Shown here: piece by piece, positions 22,852 through 32,394 of the stretch
How positions within the stretch are numbered: the stretch's first letter is position 1
How the letters are laid out: the number at the start of each line of letters is the position of its first letter
Translations under genes and position numbers: made by a program
The notes under the pieces: model-generated
The model's database searches: none
The model's input: the letters and a program-made list of their open reading frames with translations, nothing else
What the model was told of the DNA's origin: nothing
NCBI GenBank assembly: GCA_963740315.1
Contig: CAVUDP010000004.1
Span: 928,001 to 992,000, forward strand
DNA from: an uncultured cyanobacterium
GTDB taxonomy: Bacteria; Cyanobacteriota; Cyanobacteriia; Cyanobacteriales; Nostocaceae
Length of the DNA: 64,000 bases
Direction of reading: 5' to 3'

Positions 22852-25809
22852 ATGCGGTATATGGCTAATAATTCCCATCGTAAAAATCAAAAGATAACTT
22901 CAGATACTCAGAGAAAAACCCCAGCCAAAGCAATGAATTATACGAATAAAGTATCGCCGCAAACTAAACAAGTTAAAACAGCTTCATCGAAGACGCGAAA
23001 TCCTTGGTTAAAAAAGTTTTATAACCTACCAATTAGCCGCAAACAACTGATTGCTTTAATTTTCTCTCAATTGGTATCTATCTTGGGAATAGGTATTGGA
23101 GGTACATTAATTATTACCCAAGGTTTGCGGAATCAGTTGCTCGAACAAGCTAAGTCAGAAGTTGCGGTATCGGATATTAAATACAATATCAAAATCGATC
23201 AAATGGGCTTTGGCTTTCGGGGACAATCAGATAATACTGCGATTATTAGAGCAGCAATTCTGAATAATTCTAACCGTAGTTTAAGTGGCGATTTGAGAAA
23301 TTCTGTTAAGCAAATTTTGCAAAACGAAGTTAAAGCTAGAAATATAGAATATGCGACTTTAGTAGGAAAAGATTTAAAAATTATTGCCAACGCTAACGCT
23401 AATCGTGCGGGTGAAATTTTTAACCCGAATAACTTAGTTAATCTGGTTTTTAAGAATCCTCAACAAATTAAAGCCAGTGCCATTGTTAGCGCATCAGAAT
23501 TAAGTAAAGAATCACCACCGTTACCAGAAGGTATTAGCGATCGCGATGCTTTAATTCGCTATACCGTTACACCTGTAAGAAATCCTCAAACTCAAGAGGT
23601 TGTCGGTGCTTTGATTTCTGGAGATATTGTTAATGGTAAAGATGAGATTGTTAAGAAAACCTTGCAATCTTTTGATGGTGGTTACAGCGCTATTTATTTA
23701 AACCAACCAACGGGGGGATTTGATTTAGTAACATCGCTTCAGAATAATCAAGGAAATATCAATCGCGCCACACCCAATGTACCTTTACCTCCTCAAAGTA
23801 AATCTTTATTAGAAGCAGCAGCAAAAGCTCAAGGTAAAATAATTACCCAACGAATTAACGTAGAAGGTATTAATTATACCGTGGCTGCCAAGGCTGTTCC
23901 CGATCGAATTATCGAACAAGCAGACGGAGAAAAACTTGTTTATTCAGAACAACCTCCGGCTATTTTGGTGCGGGGAACTCCGGAAACAGCACTAAATAGT
24001 CTGCTGACGGAAAGCTTGATCGAACAGGCTTTAACTGTGTTAATAGCTTTGTTAGTAGTCGGTTTTTGGGCGGTAATTTTACGTAGAGGAATGATTCGTC
24101 CCATCGAAAACCTGCAAGAAACCGCGCAAAAATTTGCGAATGGCGATCGCGCTTCCCGTGCGGAGGTTTTTGCTACTGATGAAATTGGCGATTTAGCCGT
24201 TAGCTTTAATACGATGGCTGACAAAATTAGCGAAGAAACACGCCGTCAAGAGATAGAAGCAAAAGTCGCATTGCAATTAACTCAAATTACCAGCCGTATC
24301 CGAGAAACTCTCAACATCGAAACGATTCTCAAAACATTAGTAACAACTAGCCAAGAAGCTTTACGAGTAAATCGAGTAGTTTTCTATCGTTTAAACGATT
24401 CGCAAGGTGAGATAATTGCCGAATCAGTAGATTACACTTTAAATGGTGTTCTAGGGGAAAAAGTTAACGATCCTTATCAGGTAGCAGAATACCCTGACGA
24501 ATATGAATTTGGCAGCATTAAAGCTGTAGAAAATATTCAAGATTTACGTTTAAACCAATCTTACCTAGAGCAACTCAATGAGTTGGATGTTAAGGCGTTT
24601 TTACTCGCACCAGTTTTTGTAAACGATAAATTATATGGATTATTTGCAGCTCATGTCACAACGGGTATGCGCTCTTGGGAAGAAATAGAAATCAATTTGT
24701 TTAGACAAATCGCGATTCAAACTGGTTACGCTTTAGAGCAAGCCGAACTTTTACAACAGGTACAGCACAAACGTAAAACAGCCGAAAGTAGTTCCGAGCA
24801 GGAAAGAGAGCAGAAAGAAAAACTGCAAATGCAACTTCTGGAATTGCTTAGTGATATCGAAGGTGCAGCATCTGGCGATTTAACGGTACGCGCTGATGTA
24901 ATTGAAGGGGAAATTGGTACCGTTGCGGATTTCTTTAACTCGATTGTTGAAAGTTTGCGAGAAATTGTTACGGAAGTCAAAACCTCAGCTTCCCAAGTAA
25001 ATGATTCTCTAGGTGCTAACTCTAGCGCGATCGGTAAATTAGCACAAGAAGCAAAAACTCAGGCTGCGGAAATCACCCGTACTTTAAATGCAGTTGATAG
25101 CATGACTTATTCGATGAAAGCAGTAGCACAAAACGCTCGTGAAGCTGCTGTAGTCGCTAACTCTGCTGCTAATACTGCGACAAAAAGCGGTACGGCAATG
25201 GATTTAACAGTAGAAAATATCGTTCATTTACGAGAAACCGTTGGCGATACTGCGAAAAAAGTAAAACGCTTGGGTGAATCTACACAAGAAATTAGTAGAG
25301 TGGTAGCATTAATTAACCAAATTTCCATGCAAACCAACCTGCTAGCAATCAACGCCGGAATCGAAGCAGCCCGTGCGGGTGAAGAAGGGCAAGGTTTTGC
25401 GGTAGTCGCTGAAGAAGTAGGAGAGCTAGCAGCCAGAAGTGCTTCTGCAACCAAAGAAATTGAGCAAGTTGTAGAAAACATCCAGCGGGAAACCAGCGAA
25501 TTAGTAGAGTCAATGGAAGTTGGAGTTAGCAGCGTAGTAGAAGGAACCCGCGTTGTTGAAGATGCGAAATATTCCTTAAACGAGATTTTACAAGTTTCGC
25601 GTCAAATTGACTCTTTAGTAAAATCGATTTCCGAAGCTACCGCATCTCAAGTACAGACATCTCAAGAAGTTAGTCAGTTGATGAAAGATATTGCCGACAT
25701 CTCGCAGCGTACTACAGTTTCTTCCGAGGAAGTTTCTCATTCACTGCAAAAAACCGTGAAAATTTCTCAACGTCTTCAAGATAGTGTCGGTGCGTTTACA
25801 GTTGGTTAG
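22852..25809 (+). CDS. Second methyl-accepting chemotaxis protein (periplasmic sensor, HAMP, Cys-less GAF)
   Basis: Same signalling hairpin [23 protein letters not shown] lacks DXCF and CH/CY. Confidence 0.92.
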   Translation: MRYMANNSHRKNQKITSDTQRKTPAKAMNYTNKVSPQTKQVKTASSKTRNPWLKKFYNLPISRKQLIALIFSQLVSILGIGIGGTLIITQGLRNQLLEQAKSEVAVSDIKYNIKIDQMGFGFRGQSDNTAIIRAAILNNSNRSLSGDLRNSVKQILQNEVKARNIEYATLVGKDLKIIANANANRAGEIFNPNNLVNLVFKNPQQIKASAIVSASELSKESPPLPEGISDRDALIRYTVTPVRNPQTQEVVGALISGDIVNGKDEIVKKTLQSFDGGYSAIYLNQPTGGFDLVTSLQNNQGNINRATPNVPLPPQSKSLLEAAAKAQGKIITQRINVEGINYTVAAKAVPDRIIEQADGEKLVYSEQPPAILVRGTPETALNSLLTESLIEQALTVLIALLVVGFWAVILRRGMIRPIENLQETAQKFANGDRASRAEVFATDEIGDLAVSFNTMADKISEETRRQEIEAKVALQLTQITSRIRETLNIETILKTLVTTSQEALRVNRVVFYRLNDSQGEIIAESVDYTLNGVLGEKVNDPYQVAEYPDEYEFGSIKAVENIQDLRLNQSYLEQLNELDVKAFLLAPVFVNDKLYGLFAAHVTTGMRSWEEIEINLFRQIAIQTGYALEQAELLQQVQHKRKTAESSSEQEREQKEKLQMQLLELLSDIEGAASGDLTVRADVIEGEIGTVADFFNSIVESLREIVTEVKTSASQVNDSLGANSSAIGKLAQEAKTQAAEITRTLNAVDSMTYSMKAVAQNAREAAVVANSAANTATKSGTAMDLTVENIVHLRETVGDTAKKVKRLGESTQEISRVVALINQISMQTNLLAINAGIEAARAGEEGQGFAVVAEEVGELAARSASATKEIEQVVENIQRETSELVESMEVGVSSVVEGTRVVEDAKYSLNEILQVSRQIDSLVKSISEATASQVQTSQEVSQLMKDIADISQRTTVSSEEVSHSLQKTVKISQRLQDSVGAFTVG

Positions 25810-25819
25810 GAGTAGTTCA

Positions 25820-25920
25820 TTTCATTAATTCTGATGGGTAAAAAGGTTCGTAGTAAGCGCTTTAGCGCTCCGGATTTGGGGAACCTAAGCCTTACTACAA
25901 ACCTGTCAAAACTAATGAAA
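25820..25920. repeat. GTAG-REP doublet (GGTTCGTAGTAAGCGCTTTAGCGCT family) inside outer inverted repeats
   Basis: Related copies at 43139-43431 (two) and 50009-50100 (reverse). Confidence 0.8.
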
Positions 25921-26086
25921 AAGAGTATTAGGTTTGTGCTTCCATATGTTTGTAGAGATGGGTTTGTCTCTACATTTTTTTTAGTTTTAACTACGAACAT
26001 TTGTAATACAAGTATTGTGCGATCGCGTCAGTTATCTCTAATACAGAATGTGATTTAAGATTTATGTATGAATATTAACTATCGGC

Positions 26087-26929
26087 TTGCTGTATTTTTC
26101 ATCGTTAGTTTCAAGCCAAACTCGAATGAAGAGAATAAATAAAAGACGTTTTTTTGGCTTAGCTGCTTGGATATTTGTTTCATTTTTAACAATTGTTGGT
26201 TGCAATCAGATCGCATCAAACACCACTACAAATCAAACATTAACGGTATCGGCTGCTGCTAGTATGCAAGATGCGATCGAAGAGGTAGGAAAAGCTTATC
26301 AAGAAGAACAGCCAAATACTAAAATTACTTATAATTTTGCTGGTAGTGGTACTTTAACTCAACAGATTAAACAAGGGGCACCAGTTGATATTTTTATCTC
26401 GGCAAATGAGAAATTCATGGATGAGTTAGATCGAAAAAATCTTTTACTTCCAGAAACTCGTAAAAACTTATTAAAAAATGATGTTGTCTTGATTGTACCG
26501 CAAAAAGATAATATTCCTAATATCTCTAACTTCCAACAGTTGACAAATTCTAATATCAAAAGATTTTCCATTGGAGAACCAGAAAGCGTACCTGCTGGAC
26601 AATATGCAAGACAAGTTTTAACTACTCTGAAGATTTACGAACAAGTTAAACCTAAAACCGTATTTGCTAAAGATGTTCGCCAAGTTTTATCTTATATAGA
26701 ATTGGGTAATGTTGATGCAGGCATTGTTTATGCTACAGATGCTAAAATCTCAAACAAAATTAAGGTTGTGGCTGTTGCAGCAGAAGATACTCACAAACCG
26801 ATTGTTTATCCAGTTGCGGCGATTAAACGTAGTAAAAATCCAGAGATTAGTAAAGAATTTATTCAGTTTTTATTTAGTAACAGCGCGAAAGATGTTTTTA
26901 CAAAATATGGTTTTAAAATTGCAAGTTAA
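26087..26929 (+). CDS. modA: Molybdate ABC transporter substrate-binding lipoprotein (start may be the ATG at 26126)
   Basis: VSAAAS, SGTL..QI.QGAP.D, VPAGQY; lipobox IVGC. Confidence 0.95.
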   Translation: MLYFSSLVSSQTRMKRINKRRFFGLAAWIFVSFLTIVGCNQIASNTTTNQTLTVSAAASMQDAIEEVGKAYQEEQPNTKITYNFAGSGTLTQQIKQGAPVDIFISANEKFMDELDRKNLLLPETRKNLLKNDVVLIVPQKDNIPNISNFQQLTNSNIKRFSIGEPESVPAGQYARQVLTTLKIYEQVKPKTVFAKDVRQVLSYIELGNVDAGIVYATDAKISNKIKVVAVAAEDTHKPIVYPVAAIKRSKNPEISKEFIQFLFSNSAKDVFTKYGFKIAS

Positions 26930-27055
26930 CTCGAATATATTAGGACTTATGTAATATTAAATAAAAAAATAGTATCCTAAACGTTTAGATCCCCCCAACC
27001 CCCTTTATCTAAGGGGGGCTTAAATAAAACCGCTCTTTTTCATCAGGCTCTGCGT

Positions 27056-29137
27056 ATGGAATTTGACTTATCTCCCTTGTGGATTTCTCTTAAAACTGCT
27101 TTAGTCGCTACTGTTTTCGCCTTTTTTGCGGGAATTGCCGCAGCAGGTTGGATGAAGCAATATAAAGGCAAAGCTAGAGGAATAATTGATGGTATTTTAA
27201 CTCTGCCTTTGGTTTTACCGCCTACTGTAGTTGGGTTTTTGCTGCTGTTATTATTTGGCATTAATAGCCCGGTAGGACAATTTTTAATGCAGTTGGATAT
27301 TAGCGTTATTTTTTCATGGCAAGCAACTGTTATTACATCAACGGTAGTTGCTTTTCCTTTAATGTATAAGACTGTATTAAGCTCTTTTGAACATATCGAT
27401 CGCGATTTAATTAATTGCGCTCGTACTTTAGGTAGTTCTGAGTTTAAAATATTTTGGCTAATTATTTTACCTTTAGCTTATCCGGGAATTGTCGCGGGGA
27501 CAATTTTGGCTTTTGCAAGAGCTTTGGGGGAATTTGGCGCAACTTTAATGTTAGCTGGAAGTATACCCGGTAAAACTCAAACAATGCCGATCGCAATTTT
27601 TTTCGCTGCTGAAGCTGGCGATATGCGTAAAGCTTTAATTTGGGTTTTAATAATGGTGGCGATTTCTTTAGCTGTAATTGCTACTATTCACGTTTGGGAT
27701 GAATCGCAACGTATTTCTAAAAATAGAGATGGAAGTGCAAATTTAATTAGAAGTTTGATAAATTTTGTGATTTTTGAGCGGTTTGGGGATGTTGATTTTT
27801 TTGAGAAGCCAATATCTATAGATAAAAACCTGGCGATTATAAATCGCGGCTACACAAGCGAAACTCCTTCGGATTCACCACTCCCCTCAACGGAGGGAAC
27901 CTCCGCACGGGGGTGGATTCACCGCCTGCGCGGGTTAGGAATTAATAAGGTGAATGCAGGTATTTTTGCTTTTAGTGGTATTCCTTTCCCGCATAAAGAA
28001 TATAAACGGGAAGTATCTTCGCAGGAATTATTATATTCGTCTAATATTCAAACTTATAATAATTGTAGAAAAGAACTTATAGTTAATATTGAAAAGAATT
28101 TAAAAAGCTTTCAATTACAGGTTGATTTTACCGCAGATCGAAATACTTTAGGATTATTAGGTGCTTCTGGCTCTGGTAAAAGTTTGACTTTGCGCTGCAT
28201 TGCTGGATTAGAAAAACCGACTCGTGGAAGAATCGTTTTAAATGGAAGAATTCTATTTGATGCCAAACGCAAAATTAATCTTCCCAGTCGTAAACGTCGG
28301 ATTGGTTTTCTGTTTCAAAACTATGCTTTATTTCCACACATGACTGTAGCGCAAAATATTGGCTTTGGTTTGCAAGAAATACCAAAAGGCGATCGCATAT
28401 CAAGAGTAGGGCAATATATTGATATGATGCAGTTGCAAGATTTAGAAAACCGTTATCCACACCAAATATCCGGGGGGCAACAGCAAAGAGTAGCTTTAGC
28501 AAGGGCTTTGGTAATTGAACCGGAAGCGATATTATTAGATGAACCGCTTTCAGCACTCGATACTTATCTGCGTAACCAAATCGAAAAGTTGTTGAGAAAA
28601 GTGCTTTCTTCTTATCAAGGTGCAACCTTATTTATTACCCATAAATTAGAAGAAGCTTATCGGGTTAGTAATAATATTATGGTGATGTCAGAAGGGAAAG
28701 TAATTGCTAACGACACCAAAGAGAATATATTTGAGCGATCGGCAAATTTAGTAGTTGCCAAAGTGACTGAGTGTAAGAATATTTCTCGCGCTCAAATTGT
28801 TAGCGATCGTACAGTTAAAGCTGTGGATTGGAACTGTAATTTACAAGTAGTAGAACCGATTCCTAATAATTTAAAATACTTGGGAATACGCGCCCATCAT
28901 CTGACTTTTACTAACGATCCAAATCGCGAAAATACTTTTGCTTGTTGGGTTGCCGATATTAGTGAAACTCAGCATAGAGTAAGTGTTTATTTGAAGTTGA
29001 ATTATCCTTGTAGAGATTTGGAAGATTACGATTTACAAGTGGAAATTTATAAGGATAAATGGGTTTGTATTAAAGATAGACCTTTTCCTTGGTATGTGAG
29101 GTTGGAGCCGTTGCGGTTGATGTTGATGGAGTCATAA
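27056..29137 (+). CDS. modB: Fused molybdate permease + ATPase (ModB-ModC)
   Basis: LPLVLPPTVVG, ARALGEFGAT; GASGSGKS, SGGQQQR, LLDEP. Confidence 0.93.
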   Translation: MEFDLSPLWISLKTALVATVFAFFAGIAAAGWMKQYKGKARGIIDGILTLPLVLPPTVVGFLLLLLFGINSPVGQFLMQLDISVIFSWQATVITSTVVAFPLMYKTVLSSFEHIDRDLINCARTLGSSEFKIFWLIILPLAYPGIVAGTILAFARALGEFGATLMLAGSIPGKTQTMPIAIFFAAEAGDMRKALIWVLIMVAISLAVIATIHVWDESQRISKNRDGSANLIRSLINFVIFERFGDVDFFEKPISIDKNLAIINRGYTSETPSDSPLPSTEGTSARGWIHRLRGLGINKVNAGIFAFSGIPFPHKEYKREVSSQELLYSSNIQTYNNCRKELIVNIEKNLKSFQLQVDFTADRNTLGLLGASGSGKSLTLRCIAGLEKPTRGRIVLNGRILFDAKRKINLPSRKRRIGFLFQNYALFPHMTVAQNIGFGLQEIPKGDRISRVGQYIDMMQLQDLENRYPHQISGGQQQRVALARALVIEPEAILLDEPLSALDTYLRNQIEKLLRKVLSSYQGATLFITHKLEEAYRVSNNIMVMSEGKVIANDTKENIFERSANLVVAKVTECKNISRAQIVSDRTVKAVDWNCNLQVVEPIPNNLKYLGIRAHHLTFTNDPNRENTFACWVADISETQHRVSVYLKLNYPCRDLEDYDLQVEIYKDKWVCIKDRPFPWYVRLEPLRLMLMES
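27829..27936. repeat. Nested REP/SDR elements inserted in frame in the modBC linker
   Basis: CCTGGCGATTATAAATCGCGGCTAC REP; GGATTCACC direct repeat at 27871 and 27915; CGGAGG-GAA-CCTCCG hairpin. Confidence 0.7.
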
Positions 29138-29187
29138 ATTTGAGTTGTAATTATAATAATTATGCAGTTTATTTTTGCTACTAAATA

Positions 29188-29469
29188 ATGTTAATTAGCA
29201 ATCGAAATTTTTATGTAATTAAAGAAGCTATCTTCACAAATGAGCAAGGAAACTTAACATTAGGAGAAGCTGCTAAAACAAAAGTTTATCGAGTATTAAC
29301 TAACGATGCTGGACAGATTCTATTAGATCCTATAGATATGGAAAAAATTCCAGAAAAACAGCGATGGTTATGGCAAAATCCAGAAGCTTTGGGAATGGTA
29401 TTACAAGGTATTGAACAAGCAGCAAGAGGAGAAGTTCACGACTTAGGTTCATTTGCTGAATACGCATAA
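29188..29469 (+). CDS. Putative antitoxin-like protein, C-terminus probably clipped
   Basis: GQILLDP..IPE..RWLWQNPEA..V.QG..QAA.G...LGSFA.YA pattern recalled from antitoxin-like small proteins. Confidence 0.55.
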   Translation: MLISNRNFYVIKEAIFTNEQGNLTLGEAAKTKVYRVLTNDAGQILLDPIDMEKIPEKQRWLWQNPEALGMVLQGIEQAARGEVHDLGSFAEYA

Positions 29470-29670
29470 CCAACTTCAATGCTAGTTATAAATCTCGGAG
29501 TAGCTTCAGGTAAAGGAAATTCTTCAAGGTAGAGCCGTGTTGCTTCTTTAAGTCCAGCAACAGCTTTTTCAATGGTTTCACCTTGAAAAAGCCGTGCCAA
29601 CTTCCGGACATTCGGCAATGTACATATCTTCTTCCTTGTACACAATTACCGTAAAGCTACGAGTTTTCAT
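29436..29670 (-). pseudogene. hicB: HicB-family antitoxin with +1 frameshift
   Basis: ATG 29670: MKTRSFTVIVYKEEDMYIAECPEVGTA, then an extra T in a T5 run; continues in another frame as QGETIEKAVAGLKEATRLYLEE. Confidence 0.8.
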
Positions 29671-29882
29671 CATTTTTTATCCTTCAACTCTTGAAACTCT
29701 AAAACCTTGGAATACAAACTTTCCACAGATTCCTTAGCAAAAAGCTCATCCTTAAGTTTAAGATAATCTCCACTCCCTAGATTGCACGCTGCCCAAAACC
29801 GCGCAACCTCGGATGGCTCCATGTTCAAGAAAAGAATCTGTAATCCCTTTTGTAAAATCTGTTGCTCGCTCTTATCTATCAT
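29670..29882 (-). CDS. Small hypothetical, antitoxin-like protein
   Basis: 70 aa; G.GDY...K..LF pattern recalled from partners of PIN toxins; stop overlaps the hicB ATG. Confidence 0.55.
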   Translation of the reverse strand: MIDKSEQQILQKGLQILFLNMEPSEVARFWAACNLGSGDYLKLKDELFAKESVESLYSKVLEFQELKDKK

Positions 29883-29892
29883 TATTCCCCAC

Positions 29893-29979
29893 TCAATTGC
29901 TGTCTTGCCATGTTCCGGGCATTCTCACTACTGTTCCGGGAGGCAATTGAGTGTCTTGAGGGGAAATTACGACGTACAT
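29893..29979 (-). pseudogene. N-terminal stub of a Uma2-family endonuclease
   Basis: MYVVISPQDTQLPPGTVVRMPGTWQD then stop. Confidence 0.6.
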
Positions 29980-30067
29980 GGGGTATTTGTTATTCTTTAT
30001 GAACCTTGATTAGAACTCTACATATTTAGTCAAAAATAGCGATCGGCAATAGAATAATACAAAAATA

Positions 30068-30931
30068 TTAATCAGTTCGCTCTTCCAACCAAGATTGCAA
30101 ATCATTTAAACTCGTAAAATCTAACAATGCTTCACTCAAATCTTCCAAAGCAGACACAGATAAAGCAGAAATTGAGGAGCGCATTTGCTCAGAAAGCGTT
30201 CCAAGGCGCTTAGTTAATTGTCGAGAAATAGCATTAGCCATCGCTTCTCGTATTTCTTCTCTTCCTTCTTCTCTTCCTTCTTCTTTAATTTCCCGATAAA
30301 CTCTTGTTTCTTTTAACGTAATACCTAGCATAGACTCTACCTCCCTTCGGCTAAGTTGTTCAAACTTGTAAACCATAATCGTCGTAACCATCTCTATTAT
30401 TACGCTACTCGCTGGTGATGGCACTTCTCGATCGGTTCTGGTTAACAAATATCTGGCTTCTTCTGGTGCTTGCTCTTCATCAATAGTAGTTAACACCATC
30501 AATGCTACCCATAAAGGTAGTTGACGAATATTTCCCAATTCATCTAAATAAACTCGATGCACTTGCCCACCGTTAAGAAATGAGCGATGGGGATAAATAT
30601 CACTTTGCTCGATGTTACGGGATGGATAAATTATTACTGCTTGCCAGTCGCTAAACTTGGCACGGTTGCGGTAAAAGTATAAGGAAGATTCTGCAAATAT
30701 CCGCTCATAAAGTTGTTCATCTTTTTGAAACTGTACTTCTGAGAAATAAACAACTCTATTACTTTCATTTTCTGGTGGCAGAAATACCCCATCAATTTCA
30801 AATTTTGGTTCTTTAACGGCTACGGAATCAAATCGATATGCTTCTGCATTTATTGGAGGATTTGTCAATAGTTCAAATAGTAAACTGGGAGATTGTTGAA
30901 AAAGCTTGTAGAAAATTGAATCGCGACGCAT
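30068..30931 (-). CDS. Rpn family recombination-promoting nuclease / putative transposase (DUF2887 + DUF4351)
   Basis: MRRDSIFYKLF, EIDGVF, EVQFQKD, EEGREEG, LEDLSEALLDF. Confidence 0.9.
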   Translation of the reverse strand: MRRDSIFYKLFQQSPSLLFELLTNPPINAEAYRFDSVAVKEPKFEIDGVFLPPENESNRVVYFSEVQFQKDEQLYERIFAESSLYFYRNRAKFSDWQAVIIYPSRNIEQSDIYPHRSFLNGGQVHRVYLDELGNIRQLPLWVALMVLTTIDEEQAPEEARYLLTRTDREVPSPASSVIIEMVTTIMVYKFEQLSRREVESMLGITLKETRVYREIKEEGREEGREEIREAMANAISRQLTKRLGTLSEQMRSSISALSVSALEDLSEALLDFTSLNDLQSWLEERTD

Positions 30932-31010
30932 GAATAGTTTTATTAAATTGATTTATAGTTAATTAATTAACGAAAAAGACGCGATGTATCGCGTCTCTAC
31001 ATTATTGTGA

Positions 31011-31292
31011 TTATTCGACTTTTACACCACGCCAAAAAGCGACATAATTTTCAAAGTGTTTCGCTTTTTCTTTGGCACTGGGATAATACCAAGCAGCGTC
31101 TTTGTTAACTTCTCCGTTAACTTCAATGTTGTAGTAATTAGCGGTACCTTTCCAAGGGCACATACTATGCTTATCGCTTTCTTTAAAGTATTCTTTCTTA
31201 ATTGAGTCTTCAGGAAAGTAATGATTTCCTTCTACGACAACGGTTTTATCGCTTTCGGCTAAAACTGTACCATTCCAAGTTGCTTTTGACAT
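31011..31292 (-). CDS. DUF427 protein
   Basis: VEGNHYFP, CPWKG.A.YY, AAWYYP. Confidence 0.92.
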   Translation of the reverse strand: MSKATWNGTVLAESDKTVVVEGNHYFPEDSIKKEYFKESDKHSMCPWKGTANYYNIEVNGEVNKDAAWYYPSAKEKAKHFENYVAFWRGVKVE

Positions 31293-31357
31293 AATCAGTG
31301 ACCAGTATTCAGTGACCAGTTAATTTTACCTAGTTAATGGTTTATTTTGTCATCTAT

Positions 31358-31672
31358 CTACGATTTATTCTTCAGTTTTCCTCGCCACTGCAAGCTATTA
31401 TGATTTAGCAGCTGAATGTATTCGTCTGGTTGGGAAATGATTGCTTTGGCTAGAGAAATTGCTTTTTCTAGTTGAGTTGCATTTAGCTGTTGGTATGCTG
31501 CTCCTTGACGTTTATCGAGAACATCGTACCAACAACAACCGAATATATTATCAAGAATTATTCTTTGAAAGCAGTGGTTAAATCGCACGGGAAACTTACG
31601 CTGTCTGGCAAGATTTGGAAGCACCTCGTTTGTGAGGTACAAATATTCTTGGCGTAGTTTTTCGATTGACAT
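31358..31672 (-). CDS. Conserved hypothetical protein
   Basis: PVRFNHCFQRIILDN..W motif; ATG directly abuts the upstream stop. Confidence 0.75.
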   Translation of the reverse strand: MSIEKLRQEYLYLTNEVLPNLARQRKFPVRFNHCFQRIILDNIFGCCWYDVLDKRQGAAYQQLNATQLEKAISLAKAIISQPDEYIQLLNHNSLQWRGKLKNKS

Positions 31673-32020
31673 TTATTTTGATTTTGCAGCAATATCGTCT
31701 GTTTTAGCTGCCATGATAAAGTCATTGCGGTGTAAGCCTCCGATAGCATGAGTCCACCACATGACGGTAACTTTGCCATACTCGGTGAGTAAAGCCGGAT
31801 GATGTTCTTGATTATCCGCTTCTTCACCGATTTTATTGGTAAAGTTCAAAGCTGACTTGAAGTCTTTAAATTTGAAAACTCTTTCTAAACGCTTTTCCCC
31901 GTTTTCTTCTTTAACTTCCCATTCCGGAATTTCTGAATGGAGCTTGCTTATCTCTTCTTCTGTGACAGCAGGTGAATCACCAGTACAGGCATCACATTTC
32001 TGTTGCTTCAGGTTTCCCAT
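31673..32020 (-). CDS. phhB: Pterin-4a-carbinolamine dehydratase
   Basis: HHP and WWTHAIGGLHRNDFIMAA; likely start ATG 32020. Confidence 0.92.
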   Translation of the reverse strand: MGNLKQQKCDACTGDSPAVTEEEISKLHSEIPEWEVKEENGEKRLERVFKFKDFKSALNFTNKIGEEADNQEHHPALLTEYGKVTVMWWTHAIGGLHRNDFIMAAKTDDIAAKSK

Positions 32021-32394
32021 TATTTTGTCACCTTTGCGATCGCGTCTTATATAGGGAACCTTACGCTGTCGCGGCTCAAACTGTAATCTCTCAAAAGAAA
32101 GAAAATTGGGTACCAAAGAGAGTTACATTGTAGGGTATGTTACGGCGTTAAAACTTTTGTTAGTAAAGATAATGTTGATATTGCCGTAACGCACCATATT
32201 TGTGGAAATGTACAGTATGAATAAAATCTAGCTGCTCTTAACTTTCTGCAATAATAATCAAAAAATGATTTAGCTTTTACCGGGGTTTAAGTCTCCAGAA
32301 ATTCTCACTACTGGATATTTGGTACTCGACTCGGTAATAAAAAACTCTGGCTTATTTGCTGTAAACTTTTCTGCAATGAAGTTGCTTAAGGCTA

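Noticed and set aside
26066..26079. NtcA site upstream of modA (GTA-N8-AAC)
   Set aside because: Mismatch to GTA-N8-TAC and no correctly spaced -10
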